From Planctomycetota bacterium (GTDB lineage Bacteria; Planctomycetota; SZUA-567; JAFGGJ01), in the NCBI GenBank assembly GCA_016930595.1, contig JAFGGJ010000002.1, positions 39,698 to 103,697 of the forward strand: a DNA stretch of 64,000 nt, given 5' to 3'. A model generated the notes under the pieces. That model was not told the origin of the DNA and ran no database searches. It was given only the letters and a program-made list of their open reading frames with translations. Numbering within the stretch: the first letter of the stretch is position 1; the number at the start of each line of letters is the position of its first letter. Both the position numbers and the translations under genes were made by a program. Positions 27,821 to 37,208 of the stretch are shown here, in pieces.

Positions 27821-30139
27821 ATGAAGATTTCTTCCCATGCTGAACCTGATTTTGAAACGGCCTGTTCCTGGTGGAACGATCTTCCCGCCGTCTGGACCCC
27901 CGTCGGCTGGCCCGACCATCTCTTTCGCTTCAACGTGTTCTGGAACGGCATGATCCTCGCTCAGCCTGACGTCAACCGCCGTACCCAGGCATGGAACGGC
28001 CTCGGCGTGCAGGTTGCTTTCATCCCCCACTTCACACCCGATGTCGCAGCCAATCTCTACGCCTATCTCCGCCAGGATGACGGCATGGTGACCCAGGGCT
28101 GGCTGGATCACGACGCTCCCGTCCTCTGGTCCGAATGGCCCAAGGACGGTGTCCTTTACAGGCACCAGGTCTTCGCCCACGTCCCCGGCGGCGGCGCCAT
28201 CGCTTCGGGCGATGAACCCCTTTTCGCCTGGGTCAGGCTCATTCTCGAAGACACCTGTTCCGCACTTCCACTCGAAGACGTTTCCGGGTTCAACGTCATT
28301 ATCCAGGCGCCCCACGTCTCCACGCGCATGTCCATGCGCGATAACGTGATCTTTATGTACGGACAGATGGACTATCCCCGTGCCCTTGCCCCGGATTCCG
28401 ACGCTTATGACGGCTCCTCAGCCTTCCGCCTTCTTGAAGACGGCGGCAAAGTCAGGATGGGCCTTCCCCGGGGACAGAACTGCCGCGTCGTTTTCAATCC
28501 CCCGGAATCCGATGAGTCCAAACCTTACCGGCAGAGGCAGCCTTGGTACCGCCTGCATGTCGGCCTTGACACCCTGAAAGGTGCCCACGCGGACCTCCTT
28601 ATCCCCATGCTTCCCTGCGACAGGGACGTTTTCGACCGTGAACTTGCACTCGGCTTCGACGCCGCGCTCGCTGAAGCCGACGCTTTCTGGGGCCGTACGC
28701 CCCATACCGCCGCTTCCGTCTCCGTTCCGGAGACTTTCATCGCAGGGGCTTTCAGGCACAGCGTCCGTCTCAGTCGCGTCATCTCGGAAACGGATCCAGC
28801 CACCGGCTACCGCTGCAAGCTCAGCGGCTCCTTCACCTACGCCGATCTCTGGACCACGCCGATGGCCATGGACCTCACCATGATGATGGACGTCCTCGGC
28901 TGGCACGATACCGTTGCGGGTTACCTGGATGTCTTCAAGCGGGAACAGGGTACCGTAAAACCCCCCGGTTCCGCATATCCCATGCACCCGGGGTATCTCA
29001 GCACTCCGGCGGCCTACAAGTCCGTTGACTGGTTATCCGACAACGGCGCCGTCCTCTACACCATCTGCGAACATGCCCTGTTGTCCGGCGACGAAGCCTT
29101 CGCATCGCGCTTCCTCGATACCGTCATCCACTCGTGCGAGTGGATAAGAGACGCCCGTTCCATCACCGGCCACGGCGGCTTCGAAAAGATTCTGCCTCCC
29201 GCCGTCGCCACTGACAGGGGCACCGAGATCCAGTCCGTCTGGGCCGCCGGCTGGAACTTCAAGGGCCTTGCCGCCGCCGTCAGGCTCCTCAGGCGCCTTG
29301 ATCACCCGCGCGCGGATGAATTCAGCGCCGAAGCCGCCTCGTACAAGGCCGACTTTGTCAAGGCGCTGCGTCTCAAGTGCGCGCACATGCCTTCCTGGAC
29401 CGACGAAGCCGGCGTCTCCCATGTGTTTGTCCCGACGGCCCTTCACGGCGACGCAAAGGACGAAAGCCGCCACGCCTTCTACCTCGACGCGGGCCCTCTC
29501 TTCCTCGTCTTCTCCGGCCTCATGGACGCGTCCGACGTTCTTGTCCAGGACGCCCTGGCGTGGTTCCGTCACGGTCCCCAGAGGAAATTCTGCAGGCATG
29601 ATTCCAATTGCTGGCAGGTCCCCGTCCTCGATCACGAAATTTCCTCCTGCGAGCCGTGCTATTCCTGGAACGTCTTCATCAGTCACCAGGCGGCCGACCG
29701 CTGCAATTTCCTCGAAGGCATGTACAGCCTCTTTGCAGGCTCCCTTTCCCGTAAGACCTTCGTTTCCTGCGAGACTCGCGGCGGGGTCACGGGCAATGTC
29801 TTTTCGGCGCCGCTCGCCGTTTTCCTGGCTCGCCTCGCCGTCATCGATGACCAGGTCGAAGAGAATGCTCTGCATCTCCTCCGTCTTATGCCCTCTGCAT
29901 GGCTCCGCCCCGGCGCGAATTCCTCTTTCGATAATATGCCCACGGAATTCGGCCCCGTCACCCTTTCGACCGCCGTGTCCTCCGACGGCTCCCGCCTCGA
30001 CGTCTCCTTCGACACGGCCTTCAGGCATGCTCCCGCGGGCGTCTTCCTCCACGTGCCTCCTCCCGCCTCCGGAGCGGACGTCTTCGTCAACGGCGCTCCG
30101 GCGCGGCCGGCCGGCGGTTCCGGACTCGTCCGGTTGTGA
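27821..30139 (+). CDS. hypothetical protein, likely (alpha/alpha)6 six-hairpin glycosidase-like
   Basis: 772 aa; AGGAG RBS; WxSDNGAVL..I.EH..L.GD; C-terminal LHLLRLMPSAWL...PTEFGPV as in GH95/GH78-like barrels. Confidence 0.6.
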   Translation: MKISSHAEPDFETACSWWNDLPAVWTPVGWPDHLFRFNVFWNGMILAQPDVNRRTQAWNGLGVQVAFIPHFTPDVAANLYAYLRQDDGMVTQGWLDHDAPVLWSEWPKDGVLYRHQVFAHVPGGGAIASGDEPLFAWVRLILEDTCSALPLEDVSGFNVIIQAPHVSTRMSMRDNVIFMYGQMDYPRALAPDSDAYDGSSAFRLLEDGGKVRMGLPRGQNCRVVFNPPESDESKPYRQRQPWYRLHVGLDTLKGAHADLLIPMLPCDRDVFDRELALGFDAALAEADAFWGRTPHTAASVSVPETFIAGAFRHSVRLSRVISETDPATGYRCKLSGSFTYADLWTTPMAMDLTMMMDVLGWHDTVAGYLDVFKREQGTVKPPGSAYPMHPGYLSTPAAYKSVDWLSDNGAVLYTICEHALLSGDEAFASRFLDTVIHSCEWIRDARSITGHGGFEKILPPAVATDRGTEIQSVWAAGWNFKGLAAAVRLLRRLDHPRADEFSAEAASYKADFVKALRLKCAHMPSWTDEAGVSHVFVPTALHGDAKDESRHAFYLDAGPLFLVFSGLMDASDVLVQDALAWFRHGPQRKFCRHDSNCWQVPVLDHEISSCEPCYSWNVFISHQAADRCNFLEGMYSLFAGSLSRKTFVSCETRGGVTGNVFSAPLAVFLARLAVIDDQVEENALHLLRLMPSAWLRPGANSSFDNMPTEFGPVTLSTAVSSDGSRLDVSFDTAFRHAPAGVFLHVPPPASGADVFVNGAPARPAGGSGLVRL

Positions 30140-30173
30140 TGCCAGCTCCACCGGCCGCTCCTTCCTGTATCTC

Positions 30174-30202
30174 TTGACACTGTTCCACTCCGCCAATACC
30201 AT
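30174..30202 (+). promoter_or_regulatory. sigma70 promoter
   Basis: TTGACA-17 nt-TACCAT upstream of the kinase RBS (GGAGG). Confidence 0.7.
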
Positions 30203-30223
30203 GTTTTTCGGGAGGTGCTTGCT

Positions 30224-33200
30224 TTGGCGCGGGATTGCCCTCATTGCGGCGGGGAACTTCCGGGCCCTCCGGCTTCTCTTCCCGAATGCTGCCCTTTCTG
30301 CGGCGTTCCCCTCGCTTCACGCCCTTCTGATGAAACGATGTCCCTCGACCGCGCTGCTTCCGCGGCTTCCACGCTCGATGCCCCGGCCCGTTCCCGCCAG
30401 GCCCAAGAATTCCTCCGGACTTCCGTCGCGGGCCACAGGATTCTCGGTGAACTTGGACGCGGCGGCATGGGCCTTGTCTTCCTCGCGCACGAACCCGGTC
30501 TCGAACGGCCCGTGGCGCTCAAACTCGTTGATCCGGACCTCGCCGGTCCCCCCTCCCCGGGCGATTCCTCCGCTTACCTCTTCCGCTTCACCGAAGAAGC
30601 CCGCATCACCGGCCGGCTCCAGCATCCCGGCATCGTCCCAGTCTACCGCATGGGTTCCGACGAGGACGGCCGCTGTTTCTACACGATGCGCCCCGTTACC
30701 GAAGGCAGAACCCTCAAGCAGATACTCCGCGAACTTGCCGATGGAGGGCCCGCCGCAGCGGAACGCTGGTCCGTCCGCCGCCTCGTTGAAATACTCCGCT
30801 CCGTCTGCCTTACCGTCGCCTACGCGCATCACTGCGGTGTCATTCACCGCGACCTCAAGCCCGCCAATATCGTCGTCGGCGATTATGGCGAAGTCCTCGT
30901 CATCGACTGGGGGCTCGCCAGGCCGTGCAATGCTCCTTCCACGGCGGAAGCCGACACTCTTTCTGCATCCGCAGCCGGCGTCCCATCTTCCGATCGCATC
31001 GGCGTCGTCTCGAAACGCGGCGATTTCCAGCTCACGCTCGACGGCGAGATCGTCGGCACCCCCGCCTACATGTCTCCCGAACAGTCCCGCGGCGACCTCG
31101 GCGCCGTCTCCACGGCTTCTGACGTCTATGCCCTCGGCGCCATCCTCTATGAAATGCTTGCCCTCTCTCCGCCTTTCATCGCCGACAATCTCGCGGATCT
31201 CCTTGCCGCCGTCGCCTCCGGCGACATTCAGCCGCCTTCCGAGCGTTCCCCATGGCGTGATATACCTGAAGACCTCGCAGCCGTTGCTCTCAAAGCCATG
31301 GCGAACGCACCCTCCGACCGTTTCGCGTCTGCGCGCCTCATGGCCGATACCCTGGGCAATTGGCTCGACGGCGTCAGCCGCTGGAGAATCGCCGAAAGAA
31401 TCGACCTCTCCTCCCCTGCCGCCGCTTCCTGCTTCATCAGCCTCGGCAGCTCCCGCCGCCGCTTCGCCGTCAGGGACGGCGTCGTCTGCCTGAACAGCGG
31501 CGAAATCACCCTCATCTATGACAGGCGTTTCTCCGGCTGGATGCGCATGTCCTGCACCGCCTGGTGTGAAGGCAGGCGGGCCACGGAATTGTCCCTTGTC
31601 CTCTGTGCCGCCTCTCCGGACCGCATCCGCCACGCGGGGGAAGACGGTTACTGTCTCCAGTTCGGCGGCAAGGATCTCACCTGCCTCAACTTCGCACGCC
31701 ATCAGCAGGATGTGCTCCATATCCCGGACGTCTGCCCCAGGCCCGGCAGGAAATACTCCCTAATGGCGCAGGTCCTTGACGGCGAAGTTTCTTTCCATGT
31801 CAACGGCGAAGAAATTGCCTGCTGGCGCGACCCTTCCCCCCTCTTTGGCGGCTACGTGGGCTTCTACGGTTTCGGCAGCGGCGCCCGTTTCAGCGACGTT
31901 GTCGTCCAGACGCTCGGCAAACCCACCCTCGTTTCCGTCCTCGAAACACCCGATGCCTATTTCAGCGACGGCCTCTTTTCCAGGGCGCTCGACATGTATT
32001 CCGAAATCAGCCGCTCTCATCCCCGCAGGATCGAAGGCCTGCGCGCCGCCTACAAGGCCGCTCTCTGCATGATGATGCTCGACGACGTCTCCGGTGCCGT
32101 CGCCGCCTTCCGCAGGATGCAGCAGAAACCCGCTTCCGTTCCCCTTGGCGTGCTCGGCCACGTCCAGCTCCTTGAACGCGTCCATGACGAAGCCGCGGCC
32201 TGCGACTTCCTCCTCTCGTGGGCGCGCGGCGTTGAAAATCCTTCGCCGGCCTGGGCCGAAGTCGCCGTTTTTGCCTTCGACCGGGCCAGGGCGCATGTCT
32301 CGCGCCCCGATGAATCCTCCTCGTCTCCTTTCTTCGACACTTGGTTCGAATCCGCCCTCAGGCTCGTACGTGATCGCGATGAACTTGCCGTACGCGCAAG
32401 TCCGCGGTATTTCAACCGCCTCCTTTCCCGTTGGATCCGGCACCGCGTCGTCGCCTTCGACCCCTCCCGGGCCGAATCTACCGGCGGCGCGCCGTCCATT
32501 GCCGAGCTCAAGGCGCTTTTCTTCTGGCCGTCTTTCGACGTCCGCCCCGGTATGTTTCTGGAATCGGCCGACGCCTTCCTCCGTCTCGGTCGCCCGGATG
32601 CCGCACGTCTCATTTTCAACGCCGTTTTCTCCTGGTACCCGGACAGGGCGGATCTGCGTTTTTCTGCCCTGAGCGGCATAGGCCGCTCCTTCGTCGGCAC
32701 CCTGCACCTTGACACTGGAATAAGCTTCTTCGAAAAAGCCGCTGAAGTCGACTCAGCTCCTCCCGGCAACGTCTTGACCGCTCTGGATTACTGTGCCGCC
32801 GCCTGCTCTTGTGCCGGCCGGTATGATAAAGCCCTCTCCTGTTACCGCAGGATCGTCGCAAAACGGCCCTGGGCCAGGGCGGCTTCCCGCAAAGCACTTC
32901 TCTCGATCGGTGACGTCCTCATGGCCGACGGCGATTACTCCGCCGCCTTCGAGTGGTTCGTGTCCGTTCCGGAACTTGCCAGGCACCACAAGACCGCTTC
33001 TGCCGCCGCGCATTCCGGAGCCGGGCTGGCCCTCATCATGATGGGTCGCCTTGATGATGCCAGGGACTGGTTCGAACGGCGCCTGTTCGACCGTTCGAGC
33101 CGAGGCGTCACGGAAACCGGCTGTGTCCGGGCCGCCGGGCTGCTTCGTTCCATCGGCCGCCACGCCGAAGCCCTCGAATACCTTGATGCCGTCCGCTCTG

Positions 33201-33835
33201 CAAAGTCGGCGCGTGGCGAATTGCGCACTCTCCTGCTCGCCGAAACCGCCGAAACTCTCAGCCGCATGGGCCGTCATGAAGATGCTGCCTCCGCCCTCGA
33301 AGACTGCCGGCACGGCGCCGCTTCCGTCCGCATTTCTTTTTCCCTTCACATCGCTTCCGCCCACCTGCTGCGCCGCAGCGGACGCCTTGCCGAAGCCCTC
33401 GATGGTTATGCCTCACTTGCCTCTTCGGCGCACGTCTCCGCGGCGCGGGAAGCCGCCGCCTGGGTCGGACTCATCGAACTGAAAAACGATCCGGCCTGCC
33501 TCCCGGTGCTTTCAGACCGCTTTCTCGGCGTGGCCCTGGCTGAACTGGATGATCTGGAAAACAACGCCTGGGCCGCGAACTGGTGGGCGCTCGCCATGAT
33601 GGGCTTCCCCGGCGGCGCGGCGATGGACTTCCCAGCGGAAGCGTTCCACGGGCGTGCCGTGTCGGGCTGGGTCTCCGGCGGCGAAGGTTCGTGGGCGGCC
33701 GACGAAAGCGGCGTTCCCATTACGCCGGCGGAAGCGCTCCGCAGGACTCCACTGCTGCATCGGGACCGCTTCCGCGAAATGCTCCGCTTCCGCGCCTCTT
33801 TCGACCCTGCTTGGACGAAATTCGCCTCGCCATAA
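30224..33835 (+). CDS. Hanks-type Ser/Thr kinase (Zn ribbon, kinase, lectin-like beta domain, TPRs), PknD-like
   Basis: CPHC/CPFC; LGRGGMG, VALK, HPGIVPVY, HRDLKPAN, DWGLA, GTPAYMSPEQ; TPR-like helices. TTG start chosen 8 nt after GGAGG. Confidence 0.92.
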   Translation: MARDCPHCGGELPGPPASLPECCPFCGVPLASRPSDETMSLDRAASAASTLDAPARSRQAQEFLRTSVAGHRILGELGRGGMGLVFLAHEPGLERPVALKLVDPDLAGPPSPGDSSAYLFRFTEEARITGRLQHPGIVPVYRMGSDEDGRCFYTMRPVTEGRTLKQILRELADGGPAAAERWSVRRLVEILRSVCLTVAYAHHCGVIHRDLKPANIVVGDYGEVLVIDWGLARPCNAPSTAEADTLSASAAGVPSSDRIGVVSKRGDFQLTLDGEIVGTPAYMSPEQSRGDLGAVSTASDVYALGAILYEMLALSPPFIADNLADLLAAVASGDIQPPSERSPWRDIPEDLAAVALKAMANAPSDRFASARLMADTLGNWLDGVSRWRIAERIDLSSPAAASCFISLGSSRRRFAVRDGVVCLNSGEITLIYDRRFSGWMRMSCTAWCEGRRATELSLVLCAASPDRIRHAGEDGYCLQFGGKDLTCLNFARHQQDVLHIPDVCPRPGRKYSLMAQVLDGEVSFHVNGEEIACWRDPSPLFGGYVGFYGFGSGARFSDVVVQTLGKPTLVSVLETPDAYFSDGLFSRALDMYSEISRSHPRRIEGLRAAYKAALCMMMLDDVSGAVAAFRRMQQKPASVPLGVLGHVQLLERVHDEAAACDFLLSWARGVENPSPAWAEVAVFAFDRARAHVSRPDESSSSPFFDTWFESALRLVRDRDELAVRASPRYFNRLLSRWIRHRVVAFDPSRAESTGGAPSIAELKALFFWPSFDVRPGMFLESADAFLRLGRPDAARLIFNAVFSWYPDRADLRFSALSGIGRSFVGTLHLDTGISFFEKAAEVDSAPPGNVLTALDYCAAACSCAGRYDKALSCYRRIVAKRPWARAASRKALLSIGDVLMADGDYSAAFEWFVSVPELARHHKTASAAAHSGAGLALIMMGRLDDARDWFERRLFDRSSRGVTETGCVRAAGLLRSIGRHAEALEYLDAVRSAKSARGELRTLLLAETAETLSRMGRHEDAASALEDCRHGAASVRISFSLHIASAHLLRRSGRLAEALDGYASLASSAHVSAAREAAAWVGLIELKNDPACLPVLSDRFLGVALAELDDLENNAWAANWWALAMMGFPGGAAMDFPAEAFHGRAVSGWVSGGEGSWAADESGVPITPAEALRRTPLLHRDRFREMLRFRASFDPAWTKFASP

Positions 33836-33849
33836 CCTTCCTGCTTCCC

Positions 33850-34070
33850 GCCTCCACCCACCCCAATCGCCTGTGGCGCGCGTGCCTCCGGCAAGGAAGC
33901 GCATTCTTCGCGCAGGCACGGGGTGAGTGGGCGTTGGGAGCGGAGCGACCAAGCCCGAGCCGTGGGCTCTTGCATGGGTACAGTGCGTCTTACATACAGG
34001 CCGCAGGCGCAGGGGTGGGTGGGGCCCCCGCCCCCGGGGATCCCGGACCGCCATGGCGTACTGTGCCATG
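33850..34070. other. highly structured intergenic palindromic element (ncRNA or ssDNA-folding element; family unknown)
   Basis: CCACCCACCCC (33854-64)/GGGGTGGGTGG (34012-22) and CGCCTGTGGC (33868-77)/GCCGCAGGCG (34000-09) enclose three hairpins; a further hairpin lies at 34052-34070. Confidence 0.6.
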
Positions 34071-34275
34071 CGCGGCCGGCGATTAATGGAGTCTTGAGGG
34101 AATCGGAGGCGCAAACGGTGCTTTTCCTCTTGCGCCGTTATCGCGCCGAATGACCGGTGTTTTTTTGTGTTTTGCCTGGACTTGGCGTCCGCGTGGATTA
34201 ATATATGTAAATCGGGGTAAAATATGAGAACCGGGGGAAGCGGAAAGCGTCTAATAGGAAAGACGGGAGGATGCT

Positions 34276-35757
34276 ATGGCGAACGTGAAGGCTTTTGCGA
34301 TGCTGGCTGCGGCGCTTGTTCTGGCCGGCTGTCTCGAAACAGACGACCTTAACCGGCGCGTGGGCCAGCTCGATCAGAAAGTCAGCGACCTGACGGTCAA
34401 GCTCGACAAGGCGCTCCAGGAACTGGAAGCTGCCAGGGTGCAGTTGAAAGTCGCGGAAGCGGGCCAGGCGGCGCGGGAATCGCAGATCGAAGAACTTGTC
34501 GCGGCAAACCGGAAACTGAAAGAAAGGACCGACGAACTCGAAGCCAAGGTCAACGCCGTCAAGGCGGGGGAATTCGTCCCACAGTACAGCTCCAAGCCCC
34601 TGGTGAAACTCCTCGGCCATTCCGACTCCCAGGTAAGCAGCCAGGCTATGCAGATACTCAAGAAGCTCGCCGACCCCGAATCCATAGACGACATAATCGC
34701 CATTGCGGAAAGCCGCGCCACCGCAACGACGCGCGCCAACGCGGTTCTGTCCCTGGCGGGCTTCAAGGATAAGCGGGTGGAAGCGCTCCTCGTCAAAATG
34801 ATGCAGGATCCCGACAGTAACGTCAGGCGTGCGGTGTACCAGGCGTGCGGCGAAGTGGGCATGGAAGGATTGCTGGACCCGCTCCTGAAAGCGCTGGACG
34901 CGGAACTCGCGGCACCCGTCACACACGGGTCTTACAACTACGAACTGCGCTATCTCGTGGAAGCCGTCGGCAAGTTCAGCGATATCAAGGCCGGGAAAAA
35001 ACTCCTCGCTCTGGCGGCAAGCCCTGACAGGCACCTCCGCCAGTACGTTTCGCAGGCATTATACCGTTACAGCAACCCCGAACTGGTGCCCGACGTGGTC
35101 GAATTCCTCAAGAAAACCGCAGTGGATACAACGGACAGCGAAGCGTATTCGCTCGTCCAGATGATTGTGCAGATGCTGCAGAGGATGAGGGATCCGCGGG
35201 GTACGGAAGCCATAATGTTCCTCCTGGGCAGCAAGGATTCCAGGATTCGCCAGACGGCCGCTTCCGCTCTCAGGGGAATGGCGGCCGCTGAACACGTGCC
35301 CGCCCTGGCCGGAATGCTCGAATCCCGCCAGGCGCCGAATGGACAGCCCCTGGCGTCGGCTGAGCTCCGGTCCGTGGTTGGCGTCGTGAGTTCGCTGGGC
35401 GACGGCAGGGCCGCCAAGGCCCTTCTCTCCCTGGTCGGCGACAATGACATGTCGCTGGCGTATTCCGCAGCGACTGCCATGATGCAGTGCCGTGATCCCA
35501 GGCTCACCGAAGAAATGGTCAAAGCCTGGGAAAAGTGCCGCGAAGGCTCCCCCAAGCAGTACCTGAAAAGAGTGCTCATGTCGGGCAACTTCCCCGTCGA
35601 ATGGGTGGAGCATGACAATGCATTCGTTATAGACACCGAAAGGCTCAAGCTGATAAAGGAAGGAAAGGATCCCGGCACGCCGGTGCCGCCGGTCAGGCTG
35701 CCCGGCGTCAGCCCCGGCATCAGGAACGGGTTCACGCCCACGGAAAACCAGTTCTAG
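34276..35757 (+). CDS. lipoprotein with N-terminal coiled coil and HEAT repeats
   Basis: Lipobox LAGC; heptad segment; repeated L..LL.D.D..VR..A...L units; GGGAGG RBS. Confidence 0.85.
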   Translation: MANVKAFAMLAAALVLAGCLETDDLNRRVGQLDQKVSDLTVKLDKALQELEAARVQLKVAEAGQAARESQIEELVAANRKLKERTDELEAKVNAVKAGEFVPQYSSKPLVKLLGHSDSQVSSQAMQILKKLADPESIDDIIAIAESRATATTRANAVLSLAGFKDKRVEALLVKMMQDPDSNVRRAVYQACGEVGMEGLLDPLLKALDAELAAPVTHGSYNYELRYLVEAVGKFSDIKAGKKLLALAASPDRHLRQYVSQALYRYSNPELVPDVVEFLKKTAVDTTDSEAYSLVQMIVQMLQRMRDPRGTEAIMFLLGSKDSRIRQTAASALRGMAAAEHVPALAGMLESRQAPNGQPLASAELRSVVGVVSSLGDGRAAKALLSLVGDNDMSLAYSAATAMMQCRDPRLTEEMVKAWEKCREGSPKQYLKRVLMSGNFPVEWVEHDNAFVIDTERLKLIKEGKDPGTPVPPVRLPGVSPGIRNGFTPTENQF

Positions 35758-35796
35758 GACCGGGCCCGCAGGCGGCTGCTCCAGAGTGCGGCCGGG

Positions 35797-37062
35797 TCAG
35801 GTCCTGAGCTGGCCGGAGCCGCGCGCTATCCACTTGTAGATGGTGAGTTCCTCCAGGCCCATCGGGCCACGGGCGTGTATGCGGTCAGTCGAAATGCCGA
35901 TTTCCGCCCCCAGCCCGAATTCGAACCCGTCGCTGAAACGCGTCGACGCGTTGTGGAAGACGCAGGCCGAATCTACGCCGGCGATGAAGCGCTCCGCCGC
36001 GGCTTTGTCGCTTGTCACGATCGCATCGGTGTGGCCGGAACCGTGGGTGTTGATGAAGCGCACGGCGTCGTCAAGACTGTCAACGACGCCGACGGCGAGG
36101 ATGAGGTCCAGGTATTCGGTCGCCCAGTCTTCGTCGGCGGCCGGGGAGGCGGGGATCTTGGCGCGTGAGAGGATATCAAGGGCGCGGGCGTCGGCGCGGA
36201 TCTCGACGCCCGCGGCGGCCAGACGCTTTCCCGCACGCGGCAGGAAGGAACCGGCGGCGTCCGCGTGCACGAGCAGGTTTTCCATGGCGTTGCAGACGGC
36301 GGGCCGCTGGACCTTCGCGTTGAAGACGATCTCGTCGGCCATGTCCGGGTCGGCGTCGGAATGGACGTAGACGTGGCAGACGCCTTCATAGTGCTTGATG
36401 ACGGGGATGGTGCTTTCTTCGACGACGCGCCTGATGAGCCCCTTGCCGCCGCGCGGCACGACGAGGTCAACGAAGCGGTTGAGCGTGAGGAGGCGGCCGA
36501 CGACGGCGCGGTCGGAAACGGGGACCACGGTGACGGCGCCGGCCGGGAGGCCGGCGGACGCGAGGGCGGTGGACATGATTTCGCCGAGAGCGACGTTGGA
36601 ATGAATCGCTTCGCTGCCGCCGCGCAGGATGGACGCGTTGCCGCTCTTGAGGCACAGGGAAGCGGCGTCAACGGTGACGTTGGGACGGCTTTCGAAGATG
36701 ATGGCGATGACGCCGATGGGGACGCGCACCCGAGTGACGACCAGGCCGTTGGGCCGGACGCTTTCGGAGAGCACGTCGCCGACGGGGTCGGGGAGCGACG
36801 CGACCTGTTCGACGCCCGCAGCCATTTTTTCAATGCGGGTTTCGTCGAGAGCGAGGCGGTCGAGCACGGCGGACGAGAGGCCCGCGGAACGGCCGGCGTC
36901 GAGGTCGACGGAATTGGCTTCGATGATGCGGGAAGCGCCGGCGCGGAGGCCGTGAGCGACGGCGTCGAGGGCGGAGTTCTTCTGCGCGGTGGACGCCGTG
37001 GCGAGAACGCGGGAAGCTTCCCTTGCTGCCGCGGCGGCGGCGGAAACGTCGAAACCGGTCAT
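35797..37062 (-). CDS. proA: glutamate-5-semialdehyde dehydrogenase
   Basis: VPIGVIAIIFESRPNVT, LKSGNA, PRGGKGL, CNAMENLL, NASTRFSDG, GAEIGIST, HARGPMGL. Confidence 0.96.
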   Translation of the reverse strand: MTGFDVSAAAAAAREASRVLATASTAQKNSALDAVAHGLRAGASRIIEANSVDLDAGRSAGLSSAVLDRLALDETRIEKMAAGVEQVASLPDPVGDVLSESVRPNGLVVTRVRVPIGVIAIIFESRPNVTVDAASLCLKSGNASILRGGSEAIHSNVALGEIMSTALASAGLPAGAVTVVPVSDRAVVGRLLTLNRFVDLVVPRGGKGLIRRVVEESTIPVIKHYEGVCHVYVHSDADPDMADEIVFNAKVQRPAVCNAMENLLVHADAAGSFLPRAGKRLAAAGVEIRADARALDILSRAKIPASPAADEDWATEYLDLILAVGVVDSLDDAVRFINTHGSGHTDAIVTSDKAAAERFIAGVDSACVFHNASTRFSDGFEFGLGAEIGISTDRIHARGPMGLEELTIYKWIARGSGQLRT

Positions 37063-37208
37063 GGCGTATCTCCAGTAACGGAAACCGAGCATCTGCATTA
37101 TACTGGAACGCCGCGGGGAAACACGCGAAGAGAAGCGGGGCCGCCGGGCGAATTGCGTTCGCGCGGCAATCGTGAATAATGTAGGGAAACCGAGACGGGA
37201 GGACCGAG

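Noticed and set aside
29268-31493. 741-aa Ser/Pro/Arg-rich + strand ORF
   Set aside because: Alternative frame over two well-supported genes; long stop-free frames are expected from the C-rich codon bias.
27532-33835. Genomic island integrated at tRNA-Glu
   Set aside because: No integrase, no duplicated tRNA 3' end seen, and codon style is continuous with the flanks.
33836-34275. Canonical oriC at the skew flip
   Set aside because: No clustered TTATCCACA boxes (best is CGTGGATTA, two mismatches) and no dnaA, dnaN or gidA nearby; kept only as an atypical element.
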